Shown piece after piece: positions 48,359 to 59,864 of a stretch of DNA of 64,000 bases. This stretch comes from Rhynchopus sp. YZ270_cl-10 (Eukaryota). The stretch covers positions 1,054,001-1,118,000 of the forward strand of contig OZ037840.1 in assembly GCA_964035575.1 (NCBI GenBank). Direction: 5' to 3'. A program made the position numbers and the translations under genes. Each line of letters opens with the position of its first letter. Position 1 is the stretch's first letter. Below the pieces are notes generated by a model. That model searched no databases. It was not told the DNA's origin and worked only from the letters and a program-made list of their open reading frames with translations.

Positions 48359-49881
48359 TGTGTTTTTGACGTTAAAATGCCTATGGGTGTTTTTTGGGGG
48401 GTGAAAAAACCTCAAAAACGCGTTTTAGACCCCTAGAAAGGCTCAAAACTGCTCAATTCTGGCTGGAATTGCAAAATTGGGCACTTTTAGGGTATGACCA
48501 AAAAAATTTTCGAGAGTTCAGTTAGTACAGAGGCGCACCTTAGAAGGTTTTGACAGGTGATTTTTACTTGTGCACAAGTAAAAGTTACTTGTGATCACAA
48601 GTAATTACTTGTGCCACAAGTAAACTATTTTCACAAGTAAAATTACATGTAAAACCACAAGTAAAGTCATTTACTTCAACGTCGTGCGGCGAGGCCCTTT
48701 TTTCTGTAACACTCAACAAAAAATCATGAAAAAGTGTAAAAAAAATATCCGAAAACACAAAACCACCCCAGAAAACACATTTGTGGGACTATTTCTTACT
48801 TTTTGATGCCTTTTGGCACTTTCCCCCCCCGATTTTTTGACACTTTTTGTCACGTTTTCACCCAATTTCCCCCTTTTTCAGAGGGGACTTGATACAGGGC
48901 GATGTATCAAAAAATTCAAAAATTTAAAATAGTCCAAAACAAGAGGAAAAGTGGTTTTTTCCAGTCAGATGTGTGCACAGAGTGATTTCCGGGGGGTTTT
49001 GGGGCCAAAAGTCCAGTTTTTTCAATGTCTTCGCTGAAAATATTGAATTTTTTTTATACACAAAAACCACATTTTAGCCGGGGAGGAGAAAGCGTTACCA
49101 AAGCGTTACACACCTTCTATTTGGACCTCCGGGCACCAAAATCGACCAGAAAATGGTTGTAAATACGATTTTTCAACCCCCATAAGGTATCTAAGATCAA
49201 CCCCGGGGGTATTGGTGCCTTCTATGGACGTTTTGTAGGCGATTTTTGGGTTTTGGGGTAACGAAAAGGGCTAAAAAACGAGGTAAAAACTGCCCCCTTT
49301 TCTGTCTCATCCACTCAAATACACGCTCGGGCCCCAATCTGGACGCCCAAAAGCTTCGAAACCTACATATTTCCACTGCCGGACCTCACCGGAGGGGACG
49401 TGGGGTGGTTTTCGGCACCTTAGAAGAAAAACTGTGCTCCCGGATCCATTTTTTTGAAAGCGTTACATTCCTAGAGGAAATCTTACTAAAATCTTACTAT
49501 TTTCGGAGCCGTTTTTTCGAAAAAAAGTGAATTTTTCCCGAAAATAAACGCTCAGTTTTGGTTGTTTGGTGTTTCATTGGGCAGAATCGACGAATTTTAG
49601 GCCACTTTGGGACCAGGTAGACCCACCTTGGCGGGTTTTATGACTTTTTTTCAAAAAATTCTTGAAAAAACACGAGCGTTACAGAGGGTCCTTAAGGATT
49701 TCCTTAAGCGCTGTGCCCCCTGGGGGGGGGGGGGGGTAGGGGAGTCCACGTAGTAGGAATTCCTTAAGAAACCGTGTCACAAACCCATTTTTTTGAGTTT
49801 TAGGTTAAGAAATCCACTAAAATAGCCGTATTTGGCCCCAAAACCACCTCCCGATCACAAAAATATCTCATTAAAACCACA

Positions 49882-52800
49882 CACCGTGCGCTGGTCAGAG
49901 GTCTGACCAGGTAATACCTGGTCAGATTTATGACCAGGTACACCTGGTCAGATCTGACCAGGTACACCTGGTCATGACCAGGTATACCTGGTCATGACCA
50001 GGTGTACCTGGTCAGATGACCAGGTACCTGGTCACATTTACCCGGGTAAGTACCCAGGCGCCCAGGTGACCAGGTACCCAGGTACCCAGGTACAGGTCCA
50101 GGAACAGGTACCCAGGAACAAGAAAAAAGTCGTGAAAGAGCAACCACAGCTCCACATGACAAACACAAAAGTGTCCAGTCACGTGGGGCATTCATGCACT
50201 GAGGAGATAATGATCCAACAATTTACAAGAAAGATTACTTAACCTACTGCTGGAAATTGCCAGGTCGTAGTAACACACAAAGTGTGCCTCCGTTCGGGAA
50301 GACCGGATATTCTAGAGACCAAAAAGGCCTCAAGAATATCTTCCGGTAGTCAAGGTAGAACCGAGTGAACGGCCCAAGACCCCCGTGGAGAAGTTAAATG
50401 TTGTAATGCTATCAGGTGGAAACTGCGAACACTGTCTTACCCTCCTCAATGCATGGTGGTTGATGTCTTCCACAACAAATTTCCTGTACCCAGGTACCCA
50501 GGTTCCCAGACCCACGCAGTACCACGTCGCAGTACTACGCAAAATTTACCACCAGACCCTGTCTTCGTGCACCTGAAGTACAACGCCGCAGACAGGCCAA
50601 ACATGCGTTGGACTCAGAGGAATGCCCGCTGTGCAGGTATCATGAGAACCAACTCCCAGCAACAAGGGGCGCCTTTTGGCGGGCGTTGTTGAGGGTGTTT
50701 GGGGTGCAAAGTTTTCCACAATTTTGATGCGCGGGTACAGAAGTGTTGTCTTGTTCTTTCATCTCTAGGAAATGTAAATGTCAATCGCGTTTAACTACCA
50801 CTAGGGCTTGTTCAGTGAACCCACAAGGGGTCGAAGGGGGTTGGTTATCCCATATCTATCAAAGGTTGTGTCGACCAGGCTAAACCACTATGTTACGCTG
50901 TACGTTGTTAAATCTGAAGAAATAACACTTTAGCAGCCGCAGGAAGTTTGCTAAAAAGAGTGCCTCACGCTACACAAACCACCACCCGCGATTGACTTAG
51001 ATGTTATAACAAAGAGAATTCAGAACAAAACAACACCCTGCCCCATACACACTAAATTGTCATGCTTCAAGAGCATGCCTGGGCCAAAATTACTGTTGAC
51101 CAAAAAGGCAACAAGACCACCCACAAGGAGTGTGAAATGTGCACTGGTTTTCTGGGGGAACGCAATATTTTCTTGTGTCTAGTCCTCCGGAAGCAGAGGA
51201 CAGACTTTCCGGAAGGTTTCCAAAGTCGAATTTCTTGCACTAGCTATGCTCCCTGGGTTAAATGGCAATAGCAGTGACTGACAAAATATTCCCACCCCCC
51301 AGGTCTTCGTCCACAAACCCAGAATAGATTGATGTGGGTGAAGCCTTTCGGATTTTTGAGTTGTTGATAGAATGTCGAAGAGCGGCGAAACTTCTCATCG
51401 CAATCACGGATGCAGTTCAGATTTCACGATCCTGTGATGAGTGTAAATGTGGGGTGTGATTAAGTTATGGTGTATAAACGCAGTACTGTAAAATCGTTTA
51501 ATTTGTCACCTACAATTCTTCCGTCCCTAATACAGAAAGTATCACTCAAGGCTGTACTTTAAAAAGTAGACACAAAAAATCGCCCAACGTAATGTGAGGG
51601 GGTGACAAAATTCATTTATGACTGATATTTCAACTCGGTTAATGAGGGTGTGACAAATTAAACGATTTTCCAGTATTAAAGATGAGGTTAATGAAGAAAG
51701 TTGGGGAGATCCGGGTGCCCGCAACAACAATATTCACAAAAAATCACAAACAAAAAATCTTATTCACAAAAAATCACACAAAATCACAAAAAATAAATCC
51801 TATTCACAAAAAATCACAAAAAAAAAATTCAATTCACAAAAAATCACAAAAAATCAAAAAGAATCACATCCACTTCAATAGGATTTATTTTTTTGTGATT
51901 TTTTGTATTTATTTGTTGTGATTTTGTGTGATTTTGTGTGATTTGTTGTGAATATTGTTGTTGCGGGCACCCGGATCTCCCCAAAAGTGGTAATAACTAT
52001 GCATTGCCGTGAAATAAGGTAGCCTTTTTTTCACGCCACAGTGGATTTCCTGCTGCACTAATGGTTCCCAAGCGAAGCGAGGGGACCATGTATAAGTATT
52101 TACCGAGCGAAGCGAGGTGAATATTATGTGCAGCAGGTAACGAGCACGCCTGCAGAAGTTAAAAAACGGCTGCCTTCTGACAAGCAATATGTAAGTTTAT
52201 TCCGATTACACAAAGTAGGGGTAGTCTGCAAGCACCAGCCAAAAAAGAGTGAGATCGGTGATCAGGGAAAACAAACACCACCACACAACAACTTGACAAC
52301 CACTAAAGGAATGAATCTACACTAGTGCCTGACAGTTAAACATATTTACATACCTTGTCTTCATCGTAACCTGCGCCTTCGCTGCTGTCAAGGTGCCTTC
52401 TCTGGGTACAGTGCCCAGTGTCCAGTACAGAAAAAAAAATTCGTCTAAAAAATCGAGTACGCAAAACCACATTTTAGACATTTTAGACCCCTACAGAGGC
52501 TCAAAAGTGCCAAATTTTGCTTTTATGGCCTCAAATCGTAAAAATTAGCTACTACAGTACACGGGGTATGACCGTATTTTGGCTGAAATTTTGACTTGAA
52601 AATTTTTTTCAACATTTGCCCAATCTGAGGTTTTCTTTGGATTTTTTGGGCCATTTTATGGCCTACCACGGCCAGTTTTGGGCAAAAAAGTTATTTTTTC
52701 TTTGGTCAAAAATCGCCTTGTCTAACCACTGTTTAGTGTAGGATTGTTCAAATACGTGTATTTGGTGAAACCCCAGATGGTCAAAACACCCGAATTTTGC

Positions 52801-53235
52801 GTTTTTTTGCATTTTTCGGTGCCCCAAGACCCAACCCAGAGGCCAAATTTTTCCCGAAAAAAAAATTTTTTTTTTTGAGATTTTTCGATTTTTTGCTAAG
52901 GTGATGCCCATACAAAATGTACAGGGTGCACACAAATAGCCGTGGAATAAATTCTAGATGCTCTAAACTGCTCGTAAGTGCCTTTATTTGCACTTTTAGC
53001 CCAGTTTTGAGGTCATATGGACCCACCAAGGGCATTTTTGTGTTGTCAAAAAAAAAAAAAAACCTGGTCACAGTGGCCAAATACCTGGTCAGTGACCAGG
53101 TATACCTGGTCAATACCTGGTCATTGACCAGGTATACCTGGTCATGACCAGGTGTACCTGGTCAATCTGACCAGGTCAAAACCTGGTCATATTACCTGGT
53201 CAACTGACCAGGTATCCTCTGACCAGCGCACGGTG
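49882..53235. mobile_element. CACTA/CMC-like non-autonomous element
   Basis: TIR CACCGTGCGCTGGTCAGAG, 2-bp CA duplication, palindromic TGACCAGGTATACCTGGTCA subterminal arrays. Confidence 0.82.
51702..51983. mobile_element. 282-bp MITE with TG...CA ends and a 5-bp TSD
   Basis: TIR TGGGGAGATCCGGGTGCCCGCAACAACAATATTCACAA, AAAGT on both flanks, TCACAAAA repeats. Confidence 0.85.
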
Positions 53236-54535
53236 CAGACGACCTCAACAGAAGCTTTGTTCCTAAAAAAAATCGTGTTTTTCTGAAAAAAAACACGAAA
53301 AATGTGTAACAAAAATGTAACAATTATGTCACACTTATGTCACACTTAGCAAATCACACTTTCTGGTTCCAAAGAGTACCTGTAAAGCCCAAAAACCACT
53401 CCCCTCATACTGGGGTGAGGTCCGGGGGTGGGAAAATATGCTTTTGGGGCTTTTTTGGCACCGATTTTCGGCCCCAGAAATAAAATTTTCTGGAAAAAGC
53501 ATTCATTTTACCCTAAAAATACCCGTTTTTGGGGGTGTTTCCAACATACCAACCCCGAAAAAAATCACCAGAAAAGTCACCACAGGTGACTTTTCGGCTC
53601 GGAATGGATGCGGGGACATCCAAATAGGCAGAAAACCCTACTTTCCAGTAAAAAAACCGCTTTTTTCTGGGCTATGAGATGCCCCCCTCCGATGCCGCGC
53701 TTATGCCGCACTTAGTGTCACACTTATGTCACACTTATGTCACACTTAGCAAATCACACTTTCTAGTTACAAAGAGTACCTGTAAAGACCCAAAAACCAT
53801 TCCCATCATATTGGGGTGAGGTCCGGGGGTGGGAAAATATAGTTTTGGGGCTTTTTTGGCACCCCCAGAAATATTTTTTTTCAAAAAAAATACTCATTTT
53901 ACCCTAAAAATACCTGTTCTTTGGGGTGTTCTTGGGATGATTCCCAAATGCCGACCCCAAAAGGGCTGCCGAAAAAGTCACAGAAGGCCAGAATTCGGCT
54001 CGGAATGGATGCGGGGACACCCAAATAGGCAGAAAACCCTACTTCCAAGTAAAAAAAACGCTTTTTTCTGGCCTATGAGATGCCCCCCTCCAATGTCACA
54101 CTTATGTCACACTTCCTCCTCCCGGCTAAAAAGTGGTTTTTACGGCAAAAAAAAAATTCAAAATTTTCAGCAAAGGCGTACAAAAAAATAGACTTTTGGC
54201 CCCAAAACCCCCCAGAAATCGCTCTGTGGACACATCTGAGTGGAAAAAACCTCTTTTCCTCTTGTTTTGGACTATTCAAAAAAATTGAATTTTTTGATAA
54301 ATCGCCCTGTATCAAACCCCCTTAGAAAACGGTGAAAATGGGGTGAAAACGCTACAAAAAGTGTCAAAAAAAGTTCCCAAAAGTGCCAAAAAGTGCCAAA
54401 AAGGCATCAAATAGTAAGGAATAGTCCCAGAAATGTGTTTTCTGGGGTGGTTTTGTGTTTTGGAATGATTTTTTTGCATTTTTTTATGATTTTTTGGGGT
54501 GTGTGACAGAAAAAACGGCTACGTGGACTCCCCTA

Positions 54536-56185
54536 GGCATACATGTCATGCGAAGAGATTCTTCGGATTCTTCGTATTTTCTTCGTATTCCTCTTCGCAT
54601 ATTCTTCGCATTCGGAAAATGCGAAGAATATGCGAAGAAAATGCGAAGAATTTTTTTCCACCAATTCTTTGCCCACAAAGGGATCGAAAGTGCTAAGGTG
54701 CAGATGATCGCACTGGGAAATAAGTTGCATTTTTCTTTTCTTCACGCCGTTTCCTTTAAATTTTCAACGAGTATGCAATACGTTTGGAAAATAATTTACT
54801 ATATTCGTTTGTCTGTTTCAGTATACTGTGTATACTGTGTATACTGTGTATACTGTGTATACTGTGTATACTGTGTATACTGTGTATACTGTGTATACTG
54901 TGTATACTGTGTATACTGTGTATACTGTGTATACTGTGTATACTGTGTATACTGTGTATACTGTGTATACTGTGTATACTGTGTATACTGTGTATACTGT
55001 GTATACTGTGTATACTGTGTATACTGTGTATACTGTGTATACTGTGTATACTGTGTATACTGTGTATACTGTGTATACTGTGTATACTGTGTATACTGTG
55101 TATACTGTGTATACTGTGTATACTGTGTATACTGTGTATACTGTGTATACTGTGTATACTGTGTATACTGTGTATACTGTGTATACTGTGTATACTGTGT
55201 ATACTGTGTATACTGTGTATACTGTGTATACTGTGTATACTGCGAAAATTGACCAAAAACGAGAACTTGTCCATTTCGGCAAATTGACCCCACCACTGGC
55301 CGGACGGATTCCGGAAATGCAAATGCCGGCGTTTAAAAGCTCACCAGCGAAAAAAACGAAAATTTTCCAACATCTGGAACCCCCCTTTACGGAGCGACAA
55401 CTGGTAGAAACACGGTAGAAACACGGGGAATCGGTTAAGGCGCCACACCACAAAACCAAATTTTGTCCGCGCCGCAGGCGCACGGTGCGCTACTTTTTTA
55501 TGAGAGTTGCGAACATACATTTGAAAAATCCATCCATCCACGTGTCTTTTTTTATGAGAGGATCAGTGAGTAAATAGTTCCGCTTATGGGCCCAGGAGGC
55601 TTCCCCTGGTCAGGGGTGGGGTTTGCTGCTTGGAGAGGAGGTTGTTCTGGGTACAGAACGAGAAAAAAGAGTAGTTGAAACGTGCTAAAACGCAGTCGAG
55701 CTCATGCAAAGGGTAGGAGGTGGGTGTTCCGTACCGTAAGAGAACGGAGGCGGTTCACAACCGCTCGACGAATCACGCGACCTCTTTATACCCCAGCCTT
55801 TTTAACAGCCAAAAAAACTCTATGATTTTGCACGTGTTACCGTGGGACTCTAAGGGCAATCATGGCTCAGTTCGTAAACGCGCACGTGCCATTCAATGCC
55901 AAAATATTTATATCTCGTGTGTATTGTGTTTTTCTCGTCAGCATTTTAAAAACAAAAATAGTAAGGTGGGGCATAAATCACAGAAAAAAAGAGGAAGAGG
56001 TGTGCACGGAATATGCACTTCGCATTCTTCGCATATTCTTCGCATGTTGGAAAATGCGAAGAATATGCGAAGAATGCGAAGTAGGCGAAGAATATGCGAA
56101 GAAAATACGAAGAAAATACGAAGAATTTTTGGGATTTTTGAAAATACGAAGAATCCGAAGAATCTCTTCGCATGACATGTATGCC
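54536..56185. mobile_element. TA-flanked TIR element (GGCATACATGTCATGCGAAGAGATTCTTCGG ends)
   Basis: Long inverted termini with TTCTTCG subterminal repeats. Duplicates the terminal TA of the neighbouring element. Confidence 0.85.
54821..55242. repeat. Perfect 9-bp tandem repeat (GTATACTGT) x ~47
   Basis: Directly visible; produces spurious YCV/ILC/YTV ORFs. Confidence 0.97.
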
Positions 56186-58751
56186 TAGGGGGGGGGGGGA
56201 AAACAAAAAAAGTTCTGCTGAGTGGTTCAGACCCGTTCTACCTGTCAAAAAAGCTCAGGAGAAGAAGATATGGAGAGGTGAGTGCTCAAACGTCCCAAAA
56301 AAGTCAAAAATGGGCGTTGGGAAAAAATAAAGTTGCGTACCGTGCGCCTGCGGCGCAAGCATGTGCCCCACCAACGTGGACCATCAACAGAATATTTTCA
56401 AAATCGGAAATCCTAGCGGAGAGCCTGTTTTATTTGCAAAACAAAAATAAAACAAAAGATTTTTTATTCAAAAAAAAGAGGAGACGACGCTGGTGGACAA
56501 AAAAACTCCATCTTTCGCTTTGAAAATATTAATCATTTCTTCTTTCTTTCCCCACTTTTTTGATTATTTTTTTCCTCTCAACGGTATTTACAAAAAGGAA
56601 TCATTTTTATTTTTGTGAATTCGTCCCTTTCCTCCTCCTGTCCCCCCTCCCAAACTTGCTCTCTTTGCCCCCTTCGCTCTTCTTCACACTTTTTTGTCTT
56701 CGTGAAGGGGCATTGGGGAGTACCCTGTACAACTCACAGAAGCTTTTAACGTAGGTGTGGTCTGTGTGGCTGCGTTATATACTTCCCTCGCGTCGCAATG
56801 TGAAGCGGGCAAAATACAATATAATGCCACCAGAATTGTCACACTTTCCCCGCCCCCCCAGCACTGTGGTTTTGTACTAGGGGGCTAGCATCTACTGGTT
56901 CCTCTTTGAGTTCGCTCATCGGATGTGGTGTCTGCAAAATAAATTGCCTTTTCTCTCTCTTTCCTTCTCTTTCCGTGCTTATTGCTATACACGTTGGATT
57001 GTGTAATGTCATTACGTGACGAGTGACGAGAGCAAAAACGGGGTCAAAATACGCGTCACTGCCGTCACTACGTCGTAACGACGACGTCATGACGCCCGTA
57101 ATGTCCGTACGATTCCATCGTGTACGCTAACAATCAAAGTATCTAAGCAGCGTTGGGTTTCCAAAAAAACAAAACAAAACAAAACAAAAAAAGTTGCTCT
57201 TAAGGGTTCAGGACGAACGACGTCTATACCTTCCGTGGTACAAAAGGCTTCGGCCAACATTGATTTTTTTCTTTGGTTAACACAACCGTATTTGACAGAA
57301 ATGCTCGATACCCTCATGAAATGTCGCGCCTCTGCGTATCCCCTTCCCCGCTTCCCCGTAAGCGAACAACAAACAACGTTTTTTTATTATCAGATGTAAA
57401 CCACGAAATGGATTGTAGGACCTGCATGGTTGGGTGTCCACCCCCTGGTACAGCCGGTCATACCAAGGTACACTGTTCACGAGAGGGCTTTTGTATTTCA
57501 ACTCTACCTTTCCCCCCCTCCCCGTTAGTCTTTTTTTAGCGATAAGCAAAGAGTAACGAGTCTCTCGCGCATTTTTGGTGACTAAGTGCACGGCTTCGAG
57601 GCTATCGTTCCAGATTTTCTTTACCACCCCCGTGTTAGCAATACAGAGAGAACCAGCCAATTTTTCAATATACAAACGATCTTTCGACACCCCCGTGTTA
57701 AACCCTGAAAAGATACAACACTTGTCCGTGCTAAGCGTGGTCCTTCGCTTTCTCCCCATCTCTGTGTCTCGGTCAGTCTCTAAAAATATTTCGCGTTTTT
57801 TGAGAACCACTTTCCGACAATCAGAGACCCGCGAGAGAGTGTTTGCGTCTGCCATCTCTGTGAGTACAGCCCGGCTATATAAGGGCCTCTCAGGCACAGG
57901 ACAACGCACACAAATTAAAGAAAAGCTGAAAAAAAGATGAACGCACCGTGCAAACATCAAAAGAAATGTTTTGTCAGATGGCCCCTAAGCGATCCAGTGC
58001 TCAGTGAACAGCGGGAAGAATCAAGAACGGGAATGGAAAAGGCTGTTTGCCTTTGCTGCACCCTGTAAGAGATTTCTTAGATCCCATTCTCCCCAAGGTG
58101 CTTGGTATTTCACCCCCTTCAGTGGCCACTTTCATTTTATCAATTTTTTGTTCCAAACACGTAGTGTATTAAGAAACTAGACAAAAAGAAAGCCAACGTT
58201 CAGATCTTGTATAACAGTATTTCCCCTTGATTCCTTTCACCTTGCGCCAAACAGATTTTTACCCCTATTTGGCTGCGTTCAACGAAAAAATTCATTGCAC
58301 GTTACCACTACCCCTTCCTACTTCAATCCACAACTATGAGCGAGCATAACGACATGCAGCTTGATGAGAACCCCGGCGCGCCGTCCCCACCACGGGGCGT
58401 CAGCAACGCCATGGTCCCGCTGATGGCGGGACGTTCGCGGGGTACCCCGCTGCAGAACCACCCCCTGGCTGCGAAAAACACTGTTATATTTTTATTGTTA
58501 TCAAGATCAGTTGGCGGATGATATCGTCCAGTTTTTTGGCTTCACGAAGCGCAAATCATGACCATTGTTTCTTTTTTTTGACAGACAGAAAAAAAAGATC
58601 TTGTGAATTGAAAAGGGCTGGCGAATATTGCCATTATTGTTATTCTTATTCCCTTCCCCCAAAAAAACCCCCCAGGAACGCATCTTTGACTTACTTCTGT
58701 GTGCGAGCAAATTTGTTCCATTTTATATGATTGGAACGCAAAAGCAGAGAA

Positions 58752-59557
58752 AAACAAGTAATTGCTATCGGAAAAAAAACGGGGTGTGATGTGGAACTCA
58801 TCCTGTAGAAATAATCTACAACACGCCCAGCATTCTGCTCTTCTGCAGGTATGCTAACGCTCTTCGTACGCTGCCAGACCCACTGGGACGCCAGCATCTG
58901 AAACATTCAAGAAGGGGGGCTGTCCTCTTCGTCCAGCACCATCTGCTCGAGAGCGTTGTTGGACGTCGGCTCGGCAGGCTCGGCGTGTTCCAGCTCGTTT
59001 TTGTCCACAGGCTCCCCACATTGTCGTCGTCGTTGGAGCAGTGTGGAAGGAACACAGAGTGCACAGACTACAACACATCGATCACACCAGGCGCATCAGC
59101 ACGTCCAGCAAATCGCCAGGATGCTACGGTGGTTTCGAAAATCGCGCGTCGTTTTCCACCCCACACCCCGTTTTTTCTTAGCAATTACTTGTCCTTGTTG
59201 TTATTGTTGTTTTCAACCACCTTCCTTCAACCCTTGCAGGATCATTTTTTTCGCGAAAACATGAAATTACACATTTCAAGAGAACAAATTAAAAAGGGTC
59301 CTTATTTGCATTTTTGGGCTCCGCCCGTGCAGTGGTGGGGTCAATCTCGAAAATTGGACAATTTTTTGACCACTTAAATTTTGAGAAATATGAGCCCGGT
59401 TCCTTATACGTGGAGCCCATTTTCGGCTAAAATTTTCCTCAAAATCTGGTTTTGTAAAATTGACCCTTTGCTCCCCCCCCACATCGATTTCAATACTATA
59501 CCTTACTTCACCTACGGTTACCCTTACAGGGGGGGTGAAGGAAGGTAGGTTGAAAAA
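58752..59557 (+). mobile_element. ~0.8-kb element with A..A'B..B' inverted repeats (copy 2)
   Basis: Absent from the paralogous site at about 35170-35185; inverted copy at 10598-11417. Confidence 0.8.
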
Positions 59558-59864
59558 TTATTTAGTACTAAACCCATCTTGTCACGGGTTGTTGTACGTA
59601 TCGCAGTAGTGTGCATCGCTTCAGGGAAAGTGGATTCTTGCATGTGTCCATTCCAAAAAATAATAATTGTCAAGCAAACAAAAAAAGCAAAACTAAATAA
59701 TACAAAAGGTGAAGAAAGAAGTATTGCAGTGATTTACAGAAAAAAATAGCCTCACATATTTGTCCACCTCTGTCCCCACGTTCACTCTCTTCTCGTTTTT
59801 CGTCTGTCCAAGCAACCACCACACCACAGATACCCCACCCCGATCCCGTGGGAACAGTACAAAG

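Larger units (their letters stand above)
45410..48686. mobile_element. CACTA/CMC-like non-autonomous element
   Basis: TIR CACGACGTTGAAGTAA, 2-bp CG duplication, TTACTTGTG subterminal arrays at both ends. Confidence 0.8.
45399..49722. mobile_element. hAT-like MITE inserted in a poly-G run
   Basis: Imperfect TIR TAGGGAGCACGGCG (reconstructed) / CGCTGTGCCCCCTG, G runs on both flanks. Body is related, in inverted orientation, to 49737-54535. Confidence 0.65.
49737..54535. mobile_element. hAT-like element inserted in the same poly-G run
   Basis: TIR TAGGGGAGTCCACGTAG / CTACGTGGACTCCCCTA. Confidence 0.8.
45328..56427. mobile_element. hAT-like MITE (~0.3 kb core) expanded to 11.1 kb by nested insertions
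   Basis: TIR CAGGGCCTCCGCTAGG / CCTAGCGGAGAGCCTG, 8-bp TSD TTTTATTT, empty site at about 33276. Confidence 0.9.

Noticed and set aside
49900..50120. Palindromic repeat arrays (also 45420-45570 and 53060-53230) as a CRISPR array
   Set aside because: No unique spacers or cas genes; they are subterminal repeats within TIR elements.
54455..55483. ORFs of repeating YCV/ILC/YTV/SIH/TQY
   Set aside because: By-product of a stop-free 9-bp tandem repeat.
58336..58521. Short GC-rich ORF MSEHNDMQ... in a ~380-bp indel between the duplicates
   Set aside because: Too short and no motif; cannot be supported as a gene.
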